NCBI GenBank assembly: GCA_016198685.1
Contig: JACQID010000006.1
Location: 64,001 to 128,000 of the forward strand
Length of the DNA stretch: 64,000 nt
From: Candidatus Aenigmatarchaeota archaeon
GTDB taxonomy: Archaea > Aenigmatarchaeota > Aenigmatarchaeia > GW2011-AR5
Reading direction: 5' to 3'
Below are positions 7,307 to 16,349 of this stretch, in pieces (the stretch's first letter is position 1; each line of letters begins with the position of its first letter). The notes beneath the pieces were generated by a model, which searched no databases, was not told where the DNA came from, and saw only the letters and a program-made list of their open reading frames with translations. Made by a program: the position numbers and the translations under genes.

Positions 7307-8470
7307 TTATGCCGCATAGAACAAAATGACAGGCACCATGAGGGAGCCCATCAGTAACCCGCGTCTAACGCCAGCTTTGGCGGCAAAAAATCCCAGTGCA
7401 GTGCACGTGAATAACACGAGGATTCCATATGCCCCCGAGGTTCCAGTAACCGCGAGAAGAATGAAAGCAATAATGCTTATTCTTAGTTTCTGCTGATTTT
7501 GAAATATCTCCAGAAATTTTTTAGCAATACGAAGAGTGATAACGGAAGCAATAGATGCAGCAATCAATGAGGCAAAGACCATTGCCATAAATTCGTGCAC
7601 GGTGATTTCGGCAAAATTGCCTATCGCCACAGCAATGCCACTGCGGCCCCTCTCAATTAGCCATAATGCGAGTATAGAAACCATTATGTTCGTTGTTGTT
7701 ATAGCGCCCATCATTGCAAGAAATTTATGGTCATCCTGCGATGAAGAAAGCAGAGCAGCTATCTGGCTTGCGCCAACGCCGGGCAAAAAGCCCGATGCTA
7801 TGCCTCCTGCGATGCCGGATATTATGCCACTCCGTGCGCTTGCCATTGACACAGACGCTTCATTTTTCTGCACAGGTAGGGAAGCGTTACCTGCGATCAG
7901 TAAACCTCCAATGCCGAAAAACCCCGACATCATGGGGAAAAGAATTATTGTTGTGTCTACAGGAAGCTTCAGTGAAAGAACGCCGGTGATTCCGGCGGCA
8001 AGGAAAACGAAAAATCCTATTGCGCGGCTTTTTTCAGCAAGTATCATGTATGCGGCTATTGCGCCCACAAGTATATGCGTGTATGCCTGAACTGCGTGAA
8101 AAAGTGGCGGTATGAAATAAAAAAGCATCGGGACCAGAGGCAATAAAAGCACGGCCGAAGCGAGACTGCCAACCACAGTAAGTTTCACGGCATCGTATCC
8201 GCATCCTGCAAGAAGCATTTTATGGCCAGGCATTGCGTTCAATGCGTTATCACCGTCAGGTGCACCAAGAAAGATTGATGGTATTGCATCAACTATGCTG
8301 TTGCTTACCCCCATGGCAACAATTAAAACTATCAGATTAAGCGGCATGATCCCGAGCGAAGAAATAATAGGCACGAATAAAATCACCATATTCGGGTGAA
8401 GCCCCGGAACAATGCCCGCAAGAACGCCAAGCCCGATGCCTATTGCAAGAAAGAGTAATACGTCTAGCAT
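7307..8470 (-). CDS. TctA/DUF112 family tripartite tricarboxylate transporter-like membrane protein
   Basis: GIVPGLHPN, DAIPSIFLGAPD, MPGH...GCG, FLPGVG motifs; many TM segments. Likely start MLDVLLF at 8470, which avoids overlap with the divergent gene. Confidence 0.85.
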   Translation of the reverse strand: MLDVLLFLAIGIGLGVLAGIVPGLHPNMVILFVPIISSLGIMPLNLIVLIVAMGVSNSIVDAIPSIFLGAPDGDNALNAMPGHKMLLAGCGYDAVKLTVVGSLASAVLLLPLVPMLFYFIPPLFHAVQAYTHILVGAIAAYMILAEKSRAIGFFVFLAAGITGVLSLKLPVDTTIILFPMMSGFFGIGGLLIAGNASLPVQKNEASVSMASARSGIISGIAGGIASGFLPGVGASQIAALLSSSQDDHKFLAMMGAITTTNIMVSILALWLIERGRSGIAVAIGNFAEITVHEFMAMVFASLIAASIASVITLRIAKKFLEIFQNQQKLRISIIAFILLAVTGTSGAYGILVLFTCTALGFFAAKAGVRRGLLMGSLMVPVILFYAA

Positions 8471-8519
8471 AAAAAGCGGTGCATCATGCGCCTTAAATAT
8501 GTGAGGTAAAAAACTGATT

Positions 8520-9197
8520 ATGCCTGTTTTTGAACTCAAAAGCTGCGGGAAGTGCGGAGGCGACACCTACATAGAAGAGGATCGTAACAGCATTTATAGG
8601 ACATGCCTGCATTGTGGTACTCTGGATGATATCATAGTCAAGTCAGAATCAGGGTATCGTGCAAGATTTCCTACATCGAGCGTGGATGACGACGAAACTG
8701 AGAAATACGTTTCTCCCAAAGACTCGTTGCATGGGCTGAAAAAATACATGGACGTTCTAAGCATGCTTGAAAAAGGCAAGGCATGCAGGGACGATATTCT
8801 TGCAGTTCTAGGCGGGGAGGGCAGTGACAAAGGAAAAGGCACATTTTGGGCCATGATGAAGCAAGGCTATGTGGCTCAAGAAAAGCACGGCAGGCGGGGA
8901 ACGAACTACACAATCACAAAGCAAGGCTTGCATGCCGTTCAGTTTTATAGGGAATGGAAGGACAAAGGCGCTGATATGAATATTCTGCTTTCCGCACTCT
9001 GCGTTATGAGTCTTGTGAGTGAAGAAGGCTATTCGTCTCTGAATGAAAGGGGACGGCTAATCGCATATAAGATGGAAACAAGGAAAATGATAGCCAGAGG
9101 AACGCTGGTTGATCAAGCGCAGAAAGAACTTGAGAAGTACCGTCCGCTTGTGCCGATAGCGATGCATGAATACGGACCCATATATCGTTTGCGATGA
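8520..9197 (+). CDS. Hypothetical protein: N-terminal Zn ribbon plus winged-helix-like domain
   Basis: CGKC-x16-CLHC; central DVLSMLEKG...MMKQGYV...RRGTNYTITKQG resembles a wHTH recognition helix and wing. Confidence 0.65.
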   Translation: MPVFELKSCGKCGGDTYIEEDRNSIYRTCLHCGTLDDIIVKSESGYRARFPTSSVDDDETEKYVSPKDSLHGLKKYMDVLSMLEKGKACRDDILAVLGGEGSDKGKGTFWAMMKQGYVAQEKHGRRGTNYTITKQGLHAVQFYREWKDKGADMNILLSALCVMSLVSEEGYSSLNERGRLIAYKMETRKMIARGTLVDQAQKELEKYRPLVPIAMHEYGPIYRLR

Positions 9198-9226
9198 TTT
9201 TAATATCTTTCAGAAGAGATATACTT

Positions 9227-9565
9227 ATGTTTCCAGGAATGGGCAATGTCGATCCGAAGAAGATGCAGCAGCTTATGAAAAAGCTGAACATGAACGTCAA
9301 GGACATAGATGCTGAAGAAGTCATAATCAGATGCAAAGACAAGGACATACGCATAACAAGCCCTGAAGTCATGGTTACCAACATGATGGGACGAGATGTC
9401 TATCAGATAAGCGGCCAGGTTTCGGAGTCATCGAAAGGCGCGAACGAAGAGGACATAAAAATGGTCATGGAGCAAACCGGCAAGGATAGAGAAACCGTTG
9501 CCAGAAAACTTGAGGACCTCAATAATGACCTTGCGCGCGCGATAATGGAACTGAAGGAGAAGTAA
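9227..9565 (+). CDS. nac: Nascent polypeptide-associated complex protein
   Basis: MFPGM..DPKKMQQLMKKL, IDAEEVII, YQISG, C-terminal UBA-like EEDIKMVMEQTG...DLARAIMEL. Confidence 0.95.
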   Translation: MFPGMGNVDPKKMQQLMKKLNMNVKDIDAEEVIIRCKDKDIRITSPEVMVTNMMGRDVYQISGQVSESSKGANEEDIKMVMEQTGKDRETVARKLEDLNNDLARAIMELKEK

Positions 9566-9815
9566 ATTTTTTTAAAACAACTGCCGGCACATATTCGACC
9601 TCTACATCTTTTCCCAGGATATATGAGCCCCCTCTTTCAAAATGTTTTATCGGAGAATAAGCGCACCGAAGGCGGATCTCGGTAGACTCATATCCGTCTT
9701 GGATGTATTTTCTTTTGGCGGATATGTAGAAAATATCGAATTCACTATAGCGTATAAAAGCTCCTTCAGGAAACGTTCCTAAGGGCGCCCTTTTTCGATG
9801 ACTAACGGTAGTCAA
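9519..9815 (-). CDS. Possible small hypothetical protein
   Basis: 98-aa ORF filling the nac-secD gap with a TATA-like TTTTATA upstream, but it has a TTG start and overlaps the nac 3' end by 47 nt. Confidence 0.25.
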   Translation of the reverse strand: MTTVSHRKRAPLGTFPEGAFIRYSEFDIFYISAKRKYIQDGYESTEIRLRCAYSPIKHFERGGSYILGKDVEVEYVPAVVLKKFTSPSVPLSRAQGHY

Positions 9816-9856
9816 ATATACACCAAATCTATATGAAAGGACTGGTATAAAAGCCT

Positions 9857-11437
9857 TCAGTCCTTGATGATTTTCTCGATCATGGCGCCGAAAGCAGGTC
9901 GTGTTATCAATATCCCTATCAGTACGCCAAGTATGGTTGTTATGGCAAACCCGCGCAGCGATGCCATGCCAAGGAGCGGAAGCATGGACGCTATGAGTAC
10001 GCCGCCCGCCCCGAATATAATGAAGAAGGCTTTCTTCAGTTTCTCCTTAAGCGTCTCCTCTTTTCGTTTTGCAGACTGGTCGAGTATTATTATCTGGCTG
10101 TCAACGCCTGTTCCGATGGCCGCAACTATTCCTGCAAGCGCAGGAAGGTCAAGAGTTGCCCCAAGCGGCACAGAAATCCCTAAGATTATAAGGACCTCTG
10201 AAAGAGAAACGGCGAGCATGGGGAGTATTATCTTCGGCTTTCTGTAGCGGGCAAGAACTATCAATGCTACGCCCACTGCGCCTGCGGCGCCCGCTGCAAG
10301 CACGCTACCTATAAAGGCGCTTCCGAGAGTCGGCGAAACCTGCTGGATCTGCAGGATTTCAATGGACGTGGGAAGCGAGCCGGATCTTAGGATGCTTGTG
10401 ATCTCCCGTCTTTCCTGTATGGCCTGGTCGCGGGTTTCTGCACCACCGGATATCTGTATAGTCGTTTCAGCGCGGCCCTTCAATGTTGATGATATGTCAA
10501 ACGAGTTCATGAGCGTGTCATCGAGGAACAGGCTTATCTGGCTCTCAAGGTATGCCGTGCCGGCGCGTAGAGGTATATTCTTCGTCACATGAGCGAATTT
10601 CTGCGCCGCTTCCTGCGAGAGTTCAAGTGAAAAGTCCCATAGATAGCCGTTGTCTGCCCTTCTTATTGATGCGCGCTGGGAATCAAGATAAACCGCCTTT
10701 ATGTCCGTGCCCCTGTATACCGTAGCCACGATTTCTGCGCCCTGTGCGCTTACGTTGCCGACTTGGAAAGGTATGCCATCCAGCGTGAATGACTCTCCGG
10801 TCACGTATGATTTGCCGTCAATTGCGACTGCATCGCTTATGGTAAGTGAATAGCTGTTTTGCAATTCTATAGTGCGGTTGCCCTTTGCAAGGAACATAGG
10901 AATTTTAGCTTCGAACTTTCCTTCATGCGAAAGCAAACGGGTAATCTCTTCTTTGGTGCCGCCGGCTATGGAAACTTCCACATATTCAATGCCTTCGAAT
11001 ACAATAGGCCTGAAACTGGCTTCCTTCAATCCGTAAAAGTTTATTCTTTCTTGGAGGACAGGTATCAGTTCTCCTGAAAGCCCTTGCTCCTTAGGTTCCA
11101 CTATCGCGGAAATCCCGCCCTTTACATCAAGGCCGAAATGCAGATTAGTTGAATCTGCTCTCTGCGCAGAGAACGGCAGCGAGCCGTTAGCTTCAATATA
11201 GACCTTGCCTTTTGAAAGCTGCACTTCGGTAAGGCCGCTATAGTTTCTAGCCAAAATATCCTCATTTACGGGAAAGCCGGCAACTGCAATTATCGTATCG
11301 CCAGACGATATTTCAGGCGTAGCCGAGGCAAGAACTTCAAAGCCTGCGCCCGCCCCGAGGAAAATGGCCAAGACCGATAACAATACAGCCGCGAGCCATA
11401 GTGTTATTTTCCAATTTTTCAGAATTTTACTAAGCAT
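9857..11437 (-). CDS. secD: Protein translocase subunit SecD
   Basis: FGLDVKGG, LQERINFYGL, LRSGSLP, VSPTLG, GTGVDSQIII motifs; likely start MLSK at 11437. Confidence 0.93.
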   Translation of the reverse strand: MLSKILKNWKITLWLAAVLLSVLAIFLGAGAGFEVLASATPEISSGDTIIAVAGFPVNEDILARNYSGLTEVQLSKGKVYIEANGSLPFSAQRADSTNLHFGLDVKGGISAIVEPKEQGLSGELIPVLQERINFYGLKEASFRPIVFEGIEYVEVSIAGGTKEEITRLLSHEGKFEAKIPMFLAKGNRTIELQNSYSLTISDAVAIDGKSYVTGESFTLDGIPFQVGNVSAQGAEIVATVYRGTDIKAVYLDSQRASIRRADNGYLWDFSLELSQEAAQKFAHVTKNIPLRAGTAYLESQISLFLDDTLMNSFDISSTLKGRAETTIQISGGAETRDQAIQERREITSILRSGSLPTSIEILQIQQVSPTLGSAFIGSVLAAGAAGAVGVALIVLARYRKPKIILPMLAVSLSEVLIILGISVPLGATLDLPALAGIVAAIGTGVDSQIIILDQSAKRKEETLKEKLKKAFFIIFGAGGVLIASMLPLLGMASLRGFAITTILGVLIGILITRPAFGAMIEKIIKD

Positions 11438-11438
11438 A

Positions 11439-12266
11439 TCAGTTACCTTTTTTTGACTTTCTTTCAAGCCATATCCTTAAAAGCCCCGCATTGGTGAACC
11501 ATGTTACAGGAATGTCTACGAGAATGCCTACCATGAGAACCAGCGCCATCGTCTGAAGCAAGGCCGAGCCGCTTATGAAATACAATGCCAGGAGTGCTGC
11601 AAAAGTGGCAGAAGTCATCGTGAGTCCGGTTTTCATGGCTTCCCATGCCGTGCCGCCGGCTAGTTTAAGCATTGAGGATGTCAGGAGTATATCTGTGTCC
11701 ACCGAGTAGGCCACTATCATTATCATGGCTGCCAGAACAGGCAGTGAAAGCGGGATGCCCAAAAGACTGAGTATAGCCATGGTACCTGTCATGTCGGTTA
11801 TTGCAGATATCAGGACAATGAGAGACGGAACAAAGGACCTGAACAGAAGGAATACTACTATTGACATGAATATGAATGACATAATCATGGTTGTTTGCGC
11901 CTGCTGCCAGAACACCTCACCGATGGCAGGACCTATGGTCTGGCTTGTCGGCTCCCCTCTAATTGGAAAATTATTCTTGATAGCCTCAATCACGGAATTT
12001 TCATCCGCCTCATATGGCATGGTTATAACGAGGCTGTTATCGGTTCCCTTGTACAGGCGAACTTCATAATCAGGAAATAACTCCTCGACCTTGCTTAGGT
12101 CTATAGCGTCGGTAATAAACGAAACTCGTTTGCCTCCTGTCAATTCAATATCCCTTTCCATAGGGAAGCCCGTAGATGCCACGTTTCCAGCCAGAATCAC
12201 AAGAGAAATGACTAATATAAACAGGGATGCCAGAGTCATGGACTTCCAATAACGGTCAAAAATCAT
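11439..12266 (-). CDS. secF: Protein translocase subunit SecF
   Basis: DIELTGG, IGPAIG, AYSVDTDILLT, KTGLTMTSAT. Confidence 0.93.
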   Translation of the reverse strand: MIFDRYWKSMTLASLFILVISLVILAGNVASTGFPMERDIELTGGKRVSFITDAIDLSKVEELFPDYEVRLYKGTDNSLVITMPYEADENSVIEAIKNNFPIRGEPTSQTIGPAIGEVFWQQAQTTMIMSFIFMSIVVFLLFRSFVPSLIVLISAITDMTGTMAILSLLGIPLSLPVLAAMIMIVAYSVDTDILLTSSMLKLAGGTAWEAMKTGLTMTSATFAALLALYFISGSALLQTMALVLMVGILVDIPVTWFTNAGLLRIWLERKSKKGN

Positions 12267-12347
12267 GCTTGTTATAACGCTTTAAATTTTTAATGCTTTT
12301 GATTTGTCATGGTGGGGGTAGTTTTTGTCCCCAAGGAAGGCTTTTGC

Positions 12348-13436
12348 ATGCATGATGTCATCATAGTTGGAAGCGGCCCTGCAGGAGGAACTCTTGCTTC
12401 CTTACTTGAAGGATTGGATGTTCTTGTGCTTGAGAAGGAAAAAAATGCCGTGCTCAAGGATTCAGGACTTGTTTCATCGCACTTTACCAAATTCGTTGAA
12501 GATGAAAGCCTCATAGAGGCCGAAGTAACAAGGATGGAAGCAGTGTCGCCATCGGGCAAGACGTTCTGGCTGCAATCAAACGAGCCTTTTGCGTATATCC
12601 TCAAAAGAAAACGATTTTCATATTACCTCAGAATTGAAGCCAAGAAAAACGCCGATATGAAATACGAGAGAGCGCGCGGCTTTGCGCGGACAAGCGGCGG
12701 CGTTGCAGTGGAAACGTCAAAAGGGATGCACGAGGCCAAGATGGTTATAGGATGTGATGGCACGCTTTCAGATATACGCAAGAGCATGGGAATAGAAAAA
12801 CCTCCTATGGTCCCCGGAATATTTTCCAGAACCAAGAATAGGCTTCAGGCAGATGAGATAAAAGTGTTCCTTAACAAATTCTATTCCCCGGATTTCTTTT
12901 CATGGATTATACCCCAGGTAAACGAATACGGTCTCATGACATCAGTAAGACCGAGAGAGAATTTCGAGTATTTCAAGAAAAGCATTGGCGCGCCTGACGG
13001 CGAACTGCACTCATATATGATACCGATGGGCACGACTAAATCGTATTCTGAAAGGGCGCTGCTTGTAGGCGAAGCCTGCGGACAGACCAAGCCTCTTACA
13101 GGAGGCGGAATTATATTCGGGATGAGAGCGGCCCATATGGCCGCTTCAGTCGTGAAGCAGGCGATCGAGAAAAATGATTTTTCTTCCGGGTTTCTTTCTA
13201 GATATGAAAAGTCATGGAAAAGCGAGGTTTCTTGGGAAATAAAGAAGCAGCTCTTTCTGAGGAAAGCCTACAGGAAGATGTCTAACCGGGATATAGACGG
13301 TCTTTTCAGGTCTTTCGGGAGCGACATAGAATCCGTGAACACATTCGACTACGACAAGATTACGCGTTCATGGAAAAATTTGCCGAAGCTGAAGGCTGTG
13401 AATTTCATCCTGAAGAATGCCCATCTGTTTATTTGA
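12348..13436 (+). CDS. Geranylgeranyl reductase family FAD oxidoreductase (DGGGPL reductase-like)
   Basis: DVIIVGSGPAG, IGCDG, PDFFSWIIP, LVGEACGQTKPLTGGGI. Confidence 0.85.
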   Translation: MHDVIIVGSGPAGGTLASLLEGLDVLVLEKEKNAVLKDSGLVSSHFTKFVEDESLIEAEVTRMEAVSPSGKTFWLQSNEPFAYILKRKRFSYYLRIEAKKNADMKYERARGFARTSGGVAVETSKGMHEAKMVIGCDGTLSDIRKSMGIEKPPMVPGIFSRTKNRLQADEIKVFLNKFYSPDFFSWIIPQVNEYGLMTSVRPRENFEYFKKSIGAPDGELHSYMIPMGTTKSYSERALLVGEACGQTKPLTGGGIIFGMRAAHMAASVVKQAIEKNDFSSGFLSRYEKSWKSEVSWEIKKQLFLRKAYRKMSNRDIDGLFRSFGSDIESVNTFDYDKITRSWKNLPKLKAVNFILKNAHLFI

Positions 13437-14376
13437 TAAGACGCTCTGCTTGCATATCGTATTTTCTGCTTATGTAAATGAAGGATAACGCACCCAGCAA
13501 GCTTCCGAACCAAAATGTGGCCGCGCGGAAAATTAATATTGCGGCAACGGCTGTAACGCTGTTAACGCCCAGAGACGCAAGGAGCAGTGAGGCGACAGCT
13601 TCCATCGATCCTATCCCTCCGGGAAGAGAGCTTGCAACTCCTATGATTGTGGAAATTGATATGACGCCGGCGAGAGCAATGAGGGGAAGTTCTTGGCCGA
13701 GCGAGAGAAGCACAAGATAGAGAACAATAGCGTCAAGAACCCAAGGAACTATCGTTGCAAGGAAACTTTTGATAAGCACAGATTTTGAAAATGAAGTTCC
13801 GTAGAATGTTTCAAGAAAACCTGAAGAAATGCCTCTGAGCGGCGGCAGCGTTCTAAGCATCCCGAAAAATTTCTCTCCGAACTTCCTGCGTGTCAAGACA
13901 AGGAGCAAAGTTAGAAAGGCTGCGGCGAATATGCCTATGCCGGCGTAAGAGAAACGCAATAAGTCAGCGCTAAGCGACGCGCTTTGCATGAATGCTGCTG
14001 ACAAGAGTAGCAGGACAAGTATATCCATGATTCTTTCCCACATGATTGTAGGAAGGCTTTTTGCAATCGGAATTCCTGTCACGGTTTTCAAGGCCAGAGA
14101 CTTTGCCGGCTCGCCGGCTTTCCCTGGTGTGAAGTTGCTTATCGTCATGCCGAAGAGCTGCACCGGAAAGAGCGTGAAGTAATCCACCCCTACAAGAATT
14201 TTCCATTTCAGGACGCGGAAGCATACTGAAAGTGCGGAAGCGGCAAGCGCCGCGCCTATATAGACCTTGTTCGCCTCCGATACCGTGCGCAAAAGCGCCG
14301 CCGGATCGGAAAGCCATATGACAGCAGCCAGAAGGCCTATGCTGGCAGCGCTTGCAATAATTTTGAGTTTATTCAT
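13429..14376 (-). CDS. UPF0104/lysylphosphatidylglycerol synthase TM-domain (flippase-like) protein
   Basis: SNFTPGKAGE, ERIMD, LPGGIGSME, IFRAATFW. Confidence 0.88.
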   Translation of the reverse strand: MNKLKIIASAASIGLLAAVIWLSDPAALLRTVSEANKVYIGAALAASALSVCFRVLKWKILVGVDYFTLFPVQLFGMTISNFTPGKAGEPAKSLALKTVTGIPIAKSLPTIMWERIMDILVLLLLSAAFMQSASLSADLLRFSYAGIGIFAAAFLTLLLVLTRRKFGEKFFGMLRTLPPLRGISSGFLETFYGTSFSKSVLIKSFLATIVPWVLDAIVLYLVLLSLGQELPLIALAGVISISTIIGVASSLPGGIGSMEAVASLLLASLGVNSVTAVAAILIFRAATFWFGSLLGALSFIYISRKYDMQAERLIK

Positions 14377-14465
14377 GCTTGGAATCCCGCATAATCCTTA
14401 AATCTATTCCTTATAATTGTGATTTCATATAATTAATAACTGGTGATGCCGGAGGGGCGGTTTTT

Positions 14466-15161
14466 GTGCTGGCAGTGATGATACCTACCTATAACGAGAA
14501 GGATAACATACGGCCGCTAGTGGATGAGATATTCCGCGCAGCCGGGCCGAAAACGATGGTAATCATTATAGACGATAGTTCTCCTGACGGAACCGGGGAA
14601 GTCGCCGACGAGATTGCAAGAAAGCGAAAGGGCGTGGTCGTCATACATCGCACAGAGCGTGGCCGCGGCAGTGCAGGCATACGTGGCTTCCAGGAGGCCC
14701 TGAAGTACAGTCCTGAATGCGTCATTGAGATGGACGCGGATTTTTCTCATGACCCTTCGTATATACCCGCTTTTCTTCGCGAGATAAAATATTCTGACGT
14801 TGTCATAGGCTCCAGAATGGTCGGAGGCGGAATGACAGTTCAGCGAGGTTTTGTAAGAAATGCTATCACATCCTTTGCAGGGTTCGTCACAAGAATTATA
14901 CTTGGCATGAGGGTCATGGATATTCAGAGCGGGTACAAGTGCTATAGGGCAAATGTCCTCAAAAGCATGGATTTTTCACGTTTCATTTCCAAAGGTTATT
15001 CGATAGGTGCGGAGACGCTTTATAGGGCGCACAGGAAAGGATTCTACATGAAAGAGATCCCGATAATATTCAGGAACAGGAAAAAAGGGAAGTCAAAACT
15101 CAGCGTTCAGGAGCTGTTTTCGTTCTTCTTTAATGTTGTCAGAATAAGGATAGGTGTTTAA
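14466..15161 (+). CDS. Polyprenol/dolichol-phosphate mannose synthase-like GT2
   Basis: IPTYNEKDNI, IDDSSPDGT, EMDADFSHDP, VIGSR, SGYKCYR, EIPIIFRNR..GKSK. Confidence 0.92.
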   Translation: MLAVMIPTYNEKDNIRPLVDEIFRAAGPKTMVIIIDDSSPDGTGEVADEIARKRKGVVVIHRTERGRGSAGIRGFQEALKYSPECVIEMDADFSHDPSYIPAFLREIKYSDVVIGSRMVGGGMTVQRGFVRNAITSFAGFVTRIILGMRVMDIQSGYKCYRANVLKSMDFSRFISKGYSIGAETLYRAHRKGFYMKEIPIIFRNRKKGKSKLSVQELFSFFFNVVRIRIGV

Positions 15162-15162
15162 G

Positions 15163-16320
15163 ATGCTTGGCGCCGCGCGCGAATTATGGAAGGACGCGAG
15201 TTTCAGAAAGGTTCTGAAGGTCTTTGTTGCCGTCAAAATAATACTGATTATTGTGGCTGCAGGAGCGCAATTCATACCGCAGGAATACACGAACCGGCAG
15301 GATCGGGCAAACTTTATTATTAACGGATGGGCGCAATATGATGCAGCCGCTTACGTTGACATAGCGATGAATGGATATAATCAGGCGTTTGCTGAAGGCC
15401 GCGGCAACTACGGTTGGTTCCCGCTCTACCCATTGCTCATACTCATATTCGGCTTCCTCGGCCCCTATGAGGCAGGGTTTCTGATATCGAATGTGCTCTC
15501 GATTATAGCGATAGGGCTCATATATATGATTGTAAAAGAAGAATTCGGACCTAGCATAGCATATGATACTGTACTGCTGATGTCTTTCTTTCCGACTGCA
15601 TATTTCCTCAATGCGGTGTACACCGAGTCTCTTTTCCTTCTTGAAACCGCTGCATTCTTCTGGTTCATGGGCAAGGGCCGTTATCTTGAAGGAAGTCTCG
15701 CAGGGTTCTTTGCGGCACTGACAAGAACGCAAGGCGCGCTGCTTCTGCTGCCTGCTATCATTATATACTATATGCAGCGGATGAAAAAAGACGGCAAGCT
15801 TGGTTTCGATGCGCTATGGCTGCTGCTGATACCGGCAGGCACGGCAGTTTTCATGGGATATCAGTTCCTTGTAACTGGAAATGCCCTTGCGCAGTTCCAG
15901 ACGCATTCGGAATTCCAGCGCCATCTTTCGCTGCCGACAGACGCGATAATGAACGGCATCAGCGGCCTCATGCAAGGCATTGCAGCATCTGACATTTCAG
16001 GCACGTTCTACCATTCATTCAATCTGTTCATCCTTGTGTTTTTTGCGGGCCTGTTATGGATATGTTATAAAAAATTGAAGCCCGAATACACGGTTTATTT
16101 TGCAGTTTCGCTGATATTGCCGCTTCTCTCGGCGCGTCTTGAGGCCATAAGCAGGTTTTATCTGATGATATTCCCGGCTTTCATAGCGTTATCGCTGGTT
16201 TCAAAGGAAAGGCGGCCATATCTCATGATGCTTTACGGAGTCTTTGCCGTGTTGTTGATACTTTTCACCATAAGGCATGCCAATGAAGACATATTTCTTT
16301 CGGCTATAGCGCCTTTTTAA
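15163..16320 (+). CDS. GT-C mannosyltransferase of PIG-V/Mannosyl_trans2 type
   Basis: QYDAAAYVDIAMNGY, WFPLYPLLI, FFPTAYFLNAVYTESLF, TRTQG, SRFYLMIFP; AGGTG SD before ATG 15163. Confidence 0.82.
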   Translation: MLGAARELWKDASFRKVLKVFVAVKIILIIVAAGAQFIPQEYTNRQDRANFIINGWAQYDAAAYVDIAMNGYNQAFAEGRGNYGWFPLYPLLILIFGFLGPYEAGFLISNVLSIIAIGLIYMIVKEEFGPSIAYDTVLLMSFFPTAYFLNAVYTESLFLLETAAFFWFMGKGRYLEGSLAGFFAALTRTQGALLLLPAIIIYYMQRMKKDGKLGFDALWLLLIPAGTAVFMGYQFLVTGNALAQFQTHSEFQRHLSLPTDAIMNGISGLMQGIAASDISGTFYHSFNLFILVFFAGLLWICYKKLKPEYTVYFAVSLILPLLSARLEAISRFYLMIFPAFIALSLVSKERRPYLMMLYGVFAVLLILFTIRHANEDIFLSAIAPF

Positions 16321-16349
16321 GTTTTGAGGAAAAGGGACTTATAGGTATT

